Source: Adineta vaga
Lineage: Eukaryota > Animalia > Rotifera
Assembly: GCA_021613535.1 (NCBI GenBank)
Contig: CP075493.1
Location: 682,001-746,000, forward strand
Reading direction: 5' to 3'
Length of the DNA: 64,000 bases
Below the pieces are notes generated by a model. It did not search any database and had not been told where the DNA came from. It saw only the letters and a list, made by a program, of their open reading frames with translations. Below, piece by piece: positions 49,919 to 63,698 of the stretch. The position numbers and the translations under genes were made by a program. Position 1 is the first letter of the stretch, and every line of letters starts with the position of its first letter.

Positions 49919-50546
49919 ATAAAGATAGTTATTTATTCTTTACATTTCCTAATCATACTGGGAAAACTACATATATTGGATTGTACTAATATAACTATGA
50001 ATAGAATCATATTTTAATTAATTACAATTCTCGTAAAAGTGAGACGTAGGAAGTGAAATTCATTGTCAAACAATATTTTTAAGAATAACGTCTTTTTCTT
50101 GTTTTTCTTAATCGGAATAATTGAATTGAATTTCTAATTGAAAGTGATACTTTTTAAAAACTATGTTATTCTCCATTTGACAATTTATAAATGTAAAGAA
50201 AGAAAGAAAGAATTATTGATCTACTAATACTTACACACATCGAACACGATCGTTTACATATAATGACTTTATTCGAATGAAGAACAGATCAAACTGTGAA
50301 CAACATAAATTTATTTTCTTTATTAAATGAGAATTAATTTAGAATAACAAGAAGCGAAAGAAATCTTTTCAAATTGAAAAATCCTGATTTGAATATTTGT
50401 AATTCCTCAAAAATGTGAATAGAAAATAGTAATGAATCTATCAAATATACGAAAGCATTTTAGATACATTTATTTTGTTTGTAATATTTGAGAAAAATAC
50501 GGTGTGAAATTATTTGCAAATTAGTTATTAGAAAAATGATAAGATA

Positions 50547-51460
50547 TGTGTACTGCAAAAAGTGTATGAGATAGATGATATAAGGAAATATCAGTATTTT
50601 TTCCATAACTCAGCATCGGCTTACCCCCAATCAGGCTCATCTTTGAAGTCCAACGAGATATTGATGAAACAAGACTCTGTAGAAAATTTCATCGTAATCG
50701 AATTAGCCTTTTAGGAGTTGTCGTGCAAACGAACGTATGGATGCAGACATCGATTGATTCTAATAATACGCTCACTTTTTCCGTATGCTCGAAAAAGTAC
50801 GAGGTTTCAAATATGTTGTCAATAACATCTCATGTCAAGAATTACGGGCCGGATCCAGTAGGAAGACACCGGAAGTCGCAGGAAAATGGAAGCAGGAATC
50901 CTTTGAAAGGATCCGGTAGTGGGATTCATCCGGTTTTCTTCGGAACCGGAAGGAACCGAGCAAAACTGGTCACAGGATCTGTTCAAAGGATTCCTGCTTC
51001 CATTTTCCTGCGACTTCCAGTGTCTTCCTGCGTGAACCGCTGTTTTTCCTGCCGGAATTGCACGGATACGGTTGCCGAAATCATTGTCCTGGGATATTGT
51101 CGATACCTAGATTATGTTCATCTGTCAAATTCAAATTAAAAGAAATTATGTTTTTGAATGAATTTCTACATTTTTCACCAATTAACACACCGAGAATGAC
51201 TTTGCTAAAGTGAAATTTCACCCAGGTTACCCCTCCTAATCCTCTTACTCGTATTCCAACACTCTCTCAACCTTTCCATAGACCTAGAGAAGCATCATGG
51301 AAAGTTTAGTGATCTTAGCTATTACAGGAACTGAATGGATAGCGAAGAGGCAGACAAACAGACAGAGAAACATACTACTTTATACATAGAGATATTGGGA
51401 AATTTTTCTATAAGTCAGCAATGGTACAACCGATAGTGTACTCACTTTTTGAATACACAA
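50547..51460. repeat. Nest of repeat fragments: HINE-like ends, a GC-rich inverted-repeat MITE (~50840-51095) and a (CAGA)n-tailed element
   Basis: gtgtactgcaaaaagtg at ~50549 and gtgtactcactttttgaatacac at ~51437. Inverted repeat aggaagacaccggaagtcgcaggaaaatggaagcaggaatcctttgaa / ttcaaaggattcctgcttccattttcctgcgacttccagtgtcttcct. Confidence 0.6.
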
Positions 51461-53390
51461 ACAACACAATATTGTTCGTTTTAATTACAACTTTAATGAT
51501 CTTACTATTTTCTTACTACATCAATTAGTGTGGCTTTGAATATTACCTTCTTCCATTTGATACACTGTGCAAATACATTTCAGATACAAAAATAGTCGAA
51601 CAGATTTAAATCCGAACTATTCGGTGTTCAATTATCCTTTTGAGAATTATAACTATCATCACGATCGAACATTTCTTTTCATTTTATATCAAAGATACAA
51701 CAAATTGAAGTGAAATAAGAAAGATAAACTTTTGTAGAGAATAAAACAATGAATCTTTTGAGAAAAAGAAAACTTGGTCCTCAACGGATTAGTTATGATA
51801 AAGATGTCTGCAAAATACGAAGAGATTTATTCTTTCTCCTTACATGAATAGATTGATAAATATTCTTTATCGATACCATTCAAGAAAGATATTTATCAAA
51901 ACAAAAGTTAAAAATAAAACATTTTTGCACTCCAAAGTTTCATATTCCCCTTAAGTCTTTTTTTTTATTTTGAGAAAATATATCAGTTACAGGCAATGAC
52001 GTCATTTTCTTAATGACAGGATGAAAATCGAACAAGCTCTTTAAAAAAATGAGGATTTTCTATATATATATCCATCGGGATCATCTGAATAATTAAAATA
52101 AACTTAATTAGAAAGAAAAAAAAAGACAACATCTTTCCTTACCTCTTAACATGTTCTTTGAAACAAACAAAAATTATAAGAATATATCACACAGCAGAGC
52201 AGAAAATGTTTGAGTACAAAATTGTCAAATGATAAACTGAGAAAAAAGATACAATTTTTCATAGACTATACTGTTTGATATGAAAAACGTTTTGAGAGAG
52301 AGAGAGAATAACTTTGACATACGTTCATGAGAAACACACGTAGATTTTGCTTAAAATAGTATTTAAAATAGGTTTAAAGATCATTTTATATTCTTTGAGA
52401 AGAGACTTAAAATAAAACTTTTTTCTTGTGTATTCAATCATTTTTAAGTTAACATTGTTTTTTTTCGTATATATAGATTCGTTCGTATTTCTTTGTTAGA
52501 AATCTTCTCTTAACAATTTTTGTTTTAGTATAAACATAATTATTTTCTCTTCTTATTCTTCCGTTGTAAAAATTATAATTTATAAATGTTCTAGAGCACA
52601 TTTTAATCAGAAAAGAAGCTTTATTAAGTAGTATGACAGACATTCTTTTAACTGGCGTTTCTTGTATCTATTTAAATAACATAGAATCGTTTCATTCGCT
52701 TATTTCTCTTCTATGTATAAGACTCGCACTCAAATATATTTCAAATAAGAATGTCTTTGTTTTTTGAACCGATTCAAATGTTGGTTATGAGTGTTTTAAT
52801 TAATAGTCGCGATTCGATGCGTTTACTAATAGGAATTTCTTTCTTTTACGAAAACAAAAACTCCTATAAATCTGTACCCTCAACTCGAAATCATCAAAAC
52901 TATGAGTTTAGGAAATGTTTTTCAATCGACCTCCAATTAATTCGAAAACTTTTATTGATCAAATAAGTCTTTTTAGAGAACATAGTTTTTCCAAAAATAT
53001 AAATAATAATAATAAACTCAAAGACATTTTCTCTAGATTTGATGATTTTTTTCTAATATATAAAAGCCTTTAGGTCTCTATCTGTATTGCAGGCTTTTTC
53101 CTGTCAAAGATCTTAATAAAAGTTTAAAAAAAGATCAAAAGAGAATCGAGGTAAAATATAAGATGTTCAAAAATAGAACAGATTCGATCATAGTTTTTCT
53201 CGAATATCTTTGATATTACTCAGCCTATGAATTGTAATAAATCTGAAAAATTTATGATGACTAAAGTTATACAGAGCATATGGTTGATTATAGTAGTTAA
53301 ATTGTTTTGGTTTTTTAGATATCCATCTATATTCATATATGTTCTTGTTTAATTTCAGATTGTTGATATGGAGATAAATTACGTTTGAAC

Positions 53391-53661
53391 GGATTTAAGA
53401 CAGTTGCTCGCAGGACAGTTGTGTGTATGTGTGGTTATTTGTTCATCTGGACATTTACTCGAAAGAACACTTGCTCACTAACAACGAATATTTCTCGTCA
53501 AATTATCATCATTTGTTAAAATATTATGACGATTAGTTATGGTTTCTAAAGATTTTTGTCATAATGATTATTGTATTTCTGATCAAATGTCACAAGGAGC
53601 AAGTGTTTTTTCGAACAAATGTCCTAACGAGCAACTGATCTGCGAGCAACTGACCGTTTCC
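53391..53661. mobile_element. MULE-like MITE immediately upstream of the ATPase start codon
   Basis: GG...CC ends, inverted cagttgctcgcag / ctgcgagcaactg modules, and a degenerate 9-bp TSD cgtttgaac / tgcctgaac. Confidence 0.6.
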
Positions 53662-53701
53662 TGCCTGAACATTCATATTGTGTACATACTTCATTTAAAA
53701 G

Positions 53702-56700
53702 ATGGCTAACGAAGATCGTGAGATTGATATGCGAAAACAGTATCGAAATACTACTGCTAGTACTGCAATACGACAAGACTCGATTATTGATCTTTGGGCC
53801 AATGTGGATCCAGCACGACTTGCTAAACATATTCATGCAATTCCAATCAGTAATCTTTTTCAACATTTTCACACAAATCCAAATACTGGTTTATCGATTA
53901 ATTTTGTGCCTGAAGCTCGAGCACAATATGGTAACAATAAAATCACTCCGCCCAAGTCACCAAACTACTTTTGGCTTCTATTTAAACAATTATTTATGGG
54001 TTTCAATTTAATTCTTTGGCTTGCTGGTATTCTTGCTTTTATAGCCTATCAACCACTTGGTGGACCGACTCCATCGATTACAAACTTGGCTCTTGGCATT
54101 GTAATATTTTTGGTTATCACTTGCAATGCTATTCTTAATGTTTATCAAGAAATGAAATCGATTAAGATTGTAGCATCTTTTTCGAGATTAGTTCCGAATG
54201 TTGCTACTGTTCGTCGTGATGGTGTAGAACAACAGATTGCTGCTGAAGAAATCGTTCCAGGTGATATTATTTTGATTCGAATGGGTAGTAAATTACCAGC
54301 TGATTGTCGATTTCTGATTTGTGATGGACTCAAAGTAAATATGTCATTTGTCTTTATTATTGTTTTGAAAGTATTTTCAGGTAAATGCATCTGAACTAAC
54401 TGGTGAATCCAAACCTGTTACGGTAACAGTTGAAACTACCAGTCAGAATTTTATGGAATCGGCCAATGTCGGATATTATTCCTCATTAGTTGAGCAAGGC
54501 ACAGGTGAAGCAGTCGTCATTGCTACTGGCGACAATACTGTTTTAGGTAAAATGTCACGAATAACACGAGATCATTCAGGTGATGAAATTACTGGTCTAC
54601 AACGTGAAGTTAATCGTTTTGTTTTCTTCATTTTTGTGGCCACTATCATTGCCATTAGTATCCTGTGGGTGACTTGGGGCGTATGGCTTCAGTATTTTCA
54701 TTCGAATTTTGTTACTCTTACGGGAAATATTCTCAATTCAATCGGTATGATTGTCGGTTTTTTACCTGTAGGTTTACCATCGGCTATAACTCTTGGTAAG
54801 TGACAATATCATACTTCATAGAATAGTACTGTGAATTGTAGCTTTATTTATTTGTTTGTTTTTTCTTCACATTCAGTATTAACAATAGCAGCTAAAAGAA
54901 TGTATCAGCAACGTATATTAGGGAAAAGTTTACACATCGCCGAAACGCTCAATTTTGTCTCAGTAGTTGCGACTGACAAGACTGGAACATTAACGGTGAA
55001 CAAAATGACAGTAACCAATATTCTTTGGGATACGGAGGGTGAGTATAAAGTAATTGACAACGTGGAAGAAGAACAGATTAAAAAAGCATCGATGCGACAA
55101 ACAATTCAGCGTCCATCACCTGAAGCTCGTCATATTATACATCATGGAATAATGAAAGTAGCTCCAATCACAGAAAGATCATCCAGTGAGATCACCAATC
55201 AATCACACTTTCGATCATCATTTTGTTGTAGTAATCGAGAAAGTAGCGAATTAGATATACAAAATGAATTAAAAATCGAAGTATTTCGTGATTTACTTCT
55301 TGGTGCTGCATTGTGTAATGATGCCGAAAAACAGCTTGTACAAGATACTCAATTTAGTCAAGATACACCGAGCACAGATTCGGAACTGTGTCTTGTTGGT
55401 GATGCCGTGGATGTTGCTCTCTACAATTTATGTGTCAATCGATGTCATATGGAAATTGATGAAATACGTTCTTTGAATCCACGTTTAAAAATCTTACCAT
55501 TCAATTCATCGAATAAATTTATGATTTCAGCTAATCAACTTGAATCACGTGATATGTCTTCATCAAAGAGTGAATCTACGATTCTAATTACAATGAAAGG
55601 TGCACCAGATATCGTTATTGAACGTTGTTCATCATACAAGACGAATGATGATCAAATTTTACCATTAACTGACCAAGTAAAAGAAACACTTTATCGTCGA
55701 CAAGAAATGTTGGGTAAGGATAAGAATATTGTATCAAAATATAAGATTTGAATGTTTTTAGGTAAACGTGGTTATCGTGTTATTGCCATGTGTCAACAAA
55801 GGTTCACTCAGCAACAGTATGATCATATGACGAAACAAAGTAATATCAGACAATGTTTCACAACAGTCAATGATGAAGATCTCAATGGTTTTCCTTCAAA
55901 TAATTATTGTTTTATTGGTATTTTCTCGTTACTTGATCCACCTCGAGCTGACGTAGCTGAATCCATATTGAGACTTCATCGTGCTTATATTCGTACACTT
56001 ATGATTACGGGCGATCATCCCACTACGGCAAAGGCCATTGCTAGACAGGTAAATATTTTCTCATCAGCTATTTCAGAAAAAAATGGTGTTGATACCTTTC
56101 AAATCGGACAAAATGCGAACGGGCATTTGGCAATTCGATTATATCGTAATCAGACACTACTACAACTGCATGTTACTGGCAGATCAACACCATTTACTAT
56201 TGGAAGTAAAGCCACTAGAGCAGTTGTAAAACAGATCGAAACGAATACTAACAAAAATGATCATATGAAGGAAGCATCATGGTATAAACAATTTTATTCA
56301 TCGTTCAAACAACTATTTAGCGAACCAGAGTCGGCTTTTAACAAACATCCGGAAAGTAAAATGATTCCTTATGCAATTGTGGTAAGTTTATCATAATTCG
56401 TCCGTAGATAATTAGCTCATTTTCTACACTATTTGGTATCTATTCTTATTCAATATTTTTATAATTATTTTTTTAAAAAAACGACGATAGGTAACTGGTT
56501 CTCAAATCGATTTTCTGGATGATTTTATGTGGTATTGGATATTGTCACATCAAGAGTTGGTCTTTGCTCGAACATCGCCTGAACAAAAATTACGTATCAT
56601 AATGGAATTTCAACGACGTGGAGAAACGGTAGCATTCATCGGTGATGGAACTAACGATGCTTTATCACTTAAATGTGCTGATCTCGGTATTGCTATGCAA

Positions 56701-57677
56701 TCTGGAACAAAAGTATCGAAAGAAGCTAGTGATATGATTCTACTTGACAATAACTTTTCATCAGTTGTTCGAGCAATTAAAACGGGTCGTCTCTTGAGTG
56801 ATAATTTGAAAAAAACTGCCATTTATTTAATGCCTGGAGGTAAATATTCATTTCACTATATGTGACTGAAATGATCATTTCAATTTTTATTAGGTTCCTG
56901 GTCCGAGATTTGGCCAGTCTTTTTTAATATGTGGTTCGGCATGCCATTAGGTATCTCGGCATTTTTATCTACAATTCTCTGTATGCTCAATGGTATGTTG
57001 AAAGATTATAATTATTCATCAGTTTGTATATTTAATTAAACAATGACTTTATTTATTTAGATTTACTTATCTCACTTGCTATGGTAACAGAGAAAGCCGA
57101 AACTCATATTATGTCTCGTCGTCCATCGGTTCGAAAAAATGATCATTTACTCAATTTAAAATTACTTACTCATGCATATCTATTCGTAGGCAATTTTGAA
57201 TGCTCTGCTGCATTCTTTTGCTATTGTTATTATTGGATTGATAATGGTGTACCATTCTATTCGTTTATGTTCACCTTTGAAAAATTTGGTATCAATCCTC
57301 CTTTAAATTACAGTTCAAATCAATTGAATGAAATGACCAATGTAGCACAATCGACTTATTATTGTTCATTGTGTATATTTCAAATTTTCAATTTCTTTGC
57401 TACAAGAACACGATATACTTCGATTCTTCAACATAATCCTATTTGGGGTAAAGGTCAAAATTTATATGGATTCATTGCCATAATTATTTCTATTGGTATT
57501 CAATTGATTCTCACACAAATTCCTTGGTTCAATCAAATTTTTGGTACAGCTCCTGTACCTGTTAAGTATGTAATGCCAGCAATTGGATTCGGTATGCTTT
57601 GGTTGCTTATCGATGAATTTCGAAAGTTCTGTATTCGTAAATTTCCACATGGCATTGCTGCAAAAATTGCATGGTAG
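53702..57677 (+). CDS. P-type ATPase, type IIC-like (Na+/K+ or H+/K+ alpha-like, fungal/protist flavour), 7 exons
   Basis: LPADCR, ELTGES, DKTGT, KGAPD, DPPR, MITGDHPTTA, FARTSPEQK, GDGTND, M5 PGGSWSEIWP; exons splice in frame. Confidence 0.92.
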
Positions 57678-58719
57678 AAAAACTTCAAAATTTATTCTTC
57701 TGAATTAATGTCTATAAGATCATAGAACAGTAATCATTTTATTGTATTTGTTTGAAATCTGCTTTTTGTCTTTAATCACGCTACTCACCCCATATTATGA
57801 TCTATTCATTTGAATTTGAAAACTTTTTAAATCAATTACAATTATAAACGAGAATTGAAAAATAAATATTGAATGGTTACAATATCCATATTTTTCTTCT
57901 CTAAGGACAAAATAGTGTATCATATATCGAAATGAAAAGTATAATCTTCAATAACTTTCGTAGTTATTACAGTAATCAGAGATGTAAATGGTTCAAAATG
58001 AACAGACTAGTCGTTCTGAAATTTTCTTTAATATCAATGTTATTATTATGGATCGTGATGCTCAGATGTCTATCGTGGAATGTATGCTTCTATGAAGATC
58101 ATAGATCGAGAAATATAAGTCAATTTCACAAGGGAATGTGAATGGAGTATCTTAACAGATCCAATGATCGTCATCTTCATCTTGAGTTTGACTCTTATTT
58201 TAATTGAATAGTACTTATGAATTGCTTTAAATAATTGCATAAACATTGTATTATTCGTGAGGTATTGATAGAAAAGAAATATTGTTGGATATTCAATTAG
58301 AAATGTGACAGTCAATATCAAGCAGTGGGAAAATGACGAATCGAAGAAACACTGTGACGACCTATACTGCGAAATTTGGTATTTTCTTGATTTGAATATT
58401 TTCAAAACAAAGAAGATTTAACATTAGTTGATTTATCGAACAAATTCTCATATTTTATCTGAGAACGCTCATTAATAAGTTCTATTTCAATATTTCAACA
58501 GAGTAAAATGACGATTTTTCTTTTGTTTTTCTTTTCCTTTAACTAAATAATATATTCACTCTACAATCATTATTCTTTAGTGAACTATTTCCGAATGTCC
58601 TATTTTCATATCATACGTCAACTGAATTATCTATATATAAAACACGAAGAAAAAGAAAAGGAGTAAAGTATATCGTATTTGTCACGTCTTCTATGTATAT
58701 ATACACGTATATAAACTAA

Positions 58720-58885
58720 GGAAAAATAAAAGTTCTTTTAAATCTCTTTTCTTTTATTATTTCATTCGAAACAAATAATTAAATTTTAATGAAAAATGAA
58801 AATTTATTTTTATGGAAATCTTCAAAAATGTAAACAATATTATATTTGTGGTATATTTTTCTTAAGTTGTTTAATTATAATTCAA
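58720..58885 (+). pseudogene. Truncated duplicate of the 5' end of the CHST-like gene
   Basis: atggaaatcttcaaaaatgtaaacaatattatat...ttcttaagttgtttaatt...attcaa closely matches ~48046-48120, plus upstream similarity. Confidence 0.7.
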
Positions 58886-59397
58886 AATATTGTTTCAGAT
58901 GACTATAAAATGAAATGTATGTATGTAATATAAATAAAAATAGTTGTATACAAATCATTGAATATTTCTTTTCTTTTTAATCAGAACAATTGAAAGTAAT
59001 GTTCGTTGAAAACAAATCTCATTTTTCGTTAAGCAAATACATGATTTTCATAGACGCCTACGAATAGTTACAGAACTGTCTTTTTCTTGTAGAAAAAAAA
59101 AAGAAGAAATATTAAAAAACATATTGACGATAAAATAACATCTCTTTAATTTCCTCTCTATCGGAATCGATGATTGAATGTTTCTATTTATAACTATTTC
59201 ATTCATTACTTGAATAATTAGATTTGTCACTCCGATCAATAACTTCATTTAATAGTAACGTGAATTCATGTGACCAATGAGTGGAGAATGTGTAAATGAA
59301 CAAATAATTATTTGAATAGAGAATTAAAAAAAGTCAAATTTCGAAAAACAAAAGAGAAAATGAGTTGTTATTTTATCAATGAATCTTATCTCGATAT

Positions 59398-60738
59398 CTA
59401 TGATGATTTTGAAAGAATAAAATCATCGATATAAACAGCATTTGGATGTAAAGTAGGTTTATATGCAAATAATTTCGAATATTCTTGAAGTAATTTCCAC
59501 CAATAACAAGTCACAGCATGTTCATTTAAATAATTTTTTACAATCCATTGACCTTGTTGACCTATTTGTCGAATAAAACTCTCATTATATCGTAAAATAT
59601 CAAGTGTTCTGTTCAATACGGATTCATTTCTATTTGCTTCAAACATAATAATATTTTTTCTATCAATTAAAAGATGATACCAATATTCTTGCCAATATTG
59701 AATAGGAGTATTTACAACAGGAGAACCACAAAGTAAAATATATTTTAATCTTGCCGAATATGTATTTCCTTCAAGATGTGCTAAATATTTATAATGACAA
59801 TGTTGTTCTAATGATGTATAAGCATTTGATCCTATATAAGATAATCCATCTACATTTTTATTCCAATTTATAACATTTACATCGAGAATATCAGAATATT
59901 TTGATGTCATATTAATAAACCAATCTCGTTTCCAACTATCAACTCCACGCCAGAATAATTTTGGTATTCGTTTATCATATTCTATTTTGTGTGATATATC
60001 TAATATTGATTGATAGATTTTTGTCCATCTTCCAACACGTACTTCTGGCCAACTCCAAAATGTAAAACATGGCATTAAAATAATTGCATCAGATCGTAAA
60101 CCAATTCTTGTCCAATTCGTTTTAGTAAAACCAAAGATCGGTACTTTGAAAAGTATATTATTGAGTTCTTCACTTTTAAGATCTACAACATCTTGAACAG
60201 AAAAGAAAAGATCAAGATCAGGAAGATCAGAAAATGTATCCATCATATGTTTGATTAATAATTTGACACTACGACTACGTGTTTCATAAATAAAAGCATT
60301 TTCTCTTGGAATATGATAAAGTTTATTGTCAATGATTTGAATATGATGACATTTAAGACAAGAATTAGATAGATTTTCAATGTCAAGTAAACGAATTTTC
60401 CAATTTTGAAAAGGTTGAAAATCCAAATATAAACGAGTAAATAAATTCGGTTCTTGATCAGTCGAATAGAATTCATCACAAACATGTTTTTTCCTGTTTA
60501 TAGGTAATGGAATTGAATTGGAAGAATTATTAGAACAGAGAAAACGAAAAAATGGTTTAACAACATCGTAACAATGGCTTGAATAACTTTTATTAGATGA
60601 AAAAAGATTAGTTGAAAGAGAAGAAACATTGTGTTGGAATCGAAATTTTGTCATAAGAAGAATGAAGATGAGAAGAACAAGGACGATAAAAATTAAAATA
60701 CGTCGACGAGGTTCATCATTTGAAAAAAGCATTGTCAT
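59398..60738 (-). CDS. Glycosyltransferase family 90 (CAP10 / POGLUT-KDELC-like), type II membrane protein, single exon
   Basis: N-terminal TM, LPDLDLFF, ILMPCFTFWSWPE, KLFWRG, HCHYKYLAHLEGNTYSARLKYILLCGS, CYWWKLLQEYSKL. Confidence 0.9.
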   Translation of the reverse strand: MTMLFSNDEPRRRILIFIVLVLLIFILLMTKFRFQHNVSSLSTNLFSSNKSYSSHCYDVVKPFFRFLCSNNSSNSIPLPINRKKHVCDEFYSTDQEPNLFTRLYLDFQPFQNWKIRLLDIENLSNSCLKCHHIQIIDNKLYHIPRENAFIYETRSRSVKLLIKHMMDTFSDLPDLDLFFSVQDVVDLKSEELNNILFKVPIFGFTKTNWTRIGLRSDAIILMPCFTFWSWPEVRVGRWTKIYQSILDISHKIEYDKRIPKLFWRGVDSWKRDWFINMTSKYSDILDVNVINWNKNVDGLSYIGSNAYTSLEQHCHYKYLAHLEGNTYSARLKYILLCGSPVVNTPIQYWQEYWYHLLIDRKNIIMFEANRNESVLNRTLDILRYNESFIRQIGQQGQWIVKNYLNEHAVTCYWWKLLQEYSKLFAYKPTLHPNAVYIDDFILSKSS

Positions 60739-61029
60739 ACAATTGAATTCACCTTGAAAAACATACTGTTTTATTTTAAAAGAACATTTTAAAAAATAAA
60801 TAGAAACAAAATTTTCATCGCGCATTTTATACGATTAAGTAAAAACAAACGCACATTTTTCTTTGTCAGACATATTTTCGTAACCGAATGTATTCGTTCA
60901 ATAATGATTATGTGTTTATAGTCATCAATGACATTTTTTTTCCATTTGTGAACGAGAAAAATCGGCGCTAGAGAGAGAGAGAAAGTATACTGAACACAAT
61001 GTGCGTAATGTTGATGAGAATGTAAACAA

Positions 61030-61300
61030 CATAAAAGATGAATTTTGTATCGTTGACAAATGAATTACTTTTCGATATTTATCTTCCGTTGATCGTCTTC
61101 ATGTTTTTTATAATCTTGATTTACAATCCATATGTCGACATCTTTCGTTCATTGCTAAGCAAATAATAACTTTCTTCCATCTTTCAGAAAAACATGATAC
61201 ACCTGATGAAATTCATCAACTCAGTTCACTAATTATATCGAATAAATCGTTTCCTTTTAGATCATTAAAATAGTTGAAAATATTCATATTAACAAATTTT
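61030..61300 (+). pseudogene. Remnant of an F-box-like gene
   Basis: Degenerate SLTNELLFDI...LHVFYNL with frameshifts. Confidence 0.35.
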
Positions 61301-63698
61301 TTTGAAGACTCTTCTTTATCAGAAGGACCAAATCTATAGACAAATAATTGAATAGTCTATAATCTTTAACAATTTCTGATTTAACCCATAAGGATTATTT
61401 ACCATTGCTCTATAAAAACAAAATGGAAGAAGAAGAAGATCATCAGATTCCTTTGATTGTTGAATCTATTGTGAACATTTAAATAAATTATAATAAATTT
61501 TTCTCATGATTCTTCTAATGATTGACTAAGAAGATAAGTTTTATGTACGGAATTCAATTTTTCTGTCTGCTACTGATGTATATTGAATAAAAAATTTAAA
61601 ATGAACTCAAGTAAAGAAGAATGTGATTTCATATTGATTGTTTTCCATGTTATACTGGACGATATAACAGTTTATGACGAACTATCTATCAATAGAAACG
61701 AAAGAAATGACGGCAAATTTTAACGTTAATACTTCATTTTCGTTTATGGAAAATGCTATGATGATTTCTGTTACGTCATTGATATTGACACTTTTCAAAA
61801 CTTGGTTTATTTCGAAAAATTTAATTTTACTTATGATAAATCTATGAAGAAAATAATCATTTTTTATCTTCAATGAATTATGTAATAGACTTCTCATAGT
61901 TGTTTCTACATCGATGTTTGAATCAAAGTACAATAAAACATCTCTATATACTGGACATTATCGGGAATTTTCAAAAGTGCTCACTATGAGAGATCATACT
62001 ATGTGCCGATATTTTCTTGATCTCAATTCTATCCATATCCTGCAGGTATTGTCATAATCAAGATAACATTTGATTGAAGAATATCAAATTGTTCTCTGCT
62101 CGCGAATCTTTGCCGTGCGATTTACAAATGAGAAATTTAATTTGTGAACTATATTAACTGTCAAAGAAGACATGTCTTTTATACTTTATAATCTTCTATC
62201 GTTAATATGTTTAATCAAGTAGAACGAAAAGAATCATATAGACGATAAGATGATTGAATAAAACTATGAATGATTTCTGTTATAATCATGGGAAATACGA
62301 TGTAATTGATTCAAACAAATCGCTTTTCTTTCCTTGTTTATATTGATAATATAATCTAAGTATGAGAAATGTAGTTGCTATCGTAATTCCAAGAAGAAAA
62401 ATGAATAAAATACAATATGTTTTGAGTCTTGTTATGGTTGAGATCATATAATTCCGATCCTTTCCGAGGATAATCACAATGTCGATAACATTTATAAATC
62501 TGATCGAATTAAATTATAAAAAATGTCAAATACTTCGAAAATAAATCATCAAATTCTTTCTGGTGTTTTCTTCTAGCTATTCTTAGAGTTCATGATGTTG
62601 ACTGATACGTTGTGTTTAATTTCATAATGTATTCAGTTACGATAAATCTATCATCTCCCTATCGTCTAGACCATTAATTCTTTAAATTAGTATCCATAAT
62701 CTATTCTTGATACGATCTTCAACATCGGCCAATAGAACATGACAATGAGACATAACACGTGTCATCGATTTTCGTAGAATAATAATTCCAAAGACAAATG
62801 ACAAAGAGCAAATGAAATATAATATAAAAATAAGAACCACAGTCGTTGAAATAAATCAATCAGGTTTTTCTTCCGAAAGAATTTTTTTAAATAACGACGA
62901 CATATCGAAAATTTTGTTTGTTTGATTATTTTGGATTTACCTTTCGACGTCATGAAAAACAAATGAAAGAAAACATCAGTCATCGCATTATTGATATTTC
63001 TTTTTCCTTCAATTCATTTTCTATAAATCGAATCAAAGAGTTTTTTTTCTTTGGATGAAAACTATAGAAATATATTAATCTTCAAAATATATTATATTCG
63101 TTCGCCTGTCGATAAAGTCTATATGCGTTGAGATGATTGTAAATAGATGGATGTTTAATAATGGTTAGTTATACTGACAAGAATATTAATACAAATCATC
63201 GAAAGAATTCCGCGATCTGTATTTCGAACACGTTTACAGAAACTATCTGTTTTTTCGTAATGTTATTTTTACCGATGACACGTACCATTTGTTATTTTAT
63301 CTTTTCTATTTTGGTGTATTCTCTTTCAATTAAAAATATAAAATAAGCTAATAAATTTAATAGAAATATTTGTTTTTATTTAATAAATATTTTAAATCTA
63401 AAAGATAATCAAAGAAAAATTTCTTTATAAATAAACAATCAAAACAAATATTTTATTATTTTTTTTTTGTTCTTTTATTCATTAATTTCAATTTGAAATA
63501 CAGATTTCAAAAACTTCAATAAAAAACTAATTTTATTTAATAAAGATTTATTTGAATTTAGTTTTATTTAAATATTTTCATCTTTCTTCATCAAATGAAA
63601 AAGTTTATTTTTTTTCTTTTAAAAATTATTTCACTTTTTCAAAAAGTTTTGCTTTCGATTTTAATAAAAAATATTCGTTTTTCACTTTTTATCAAATT

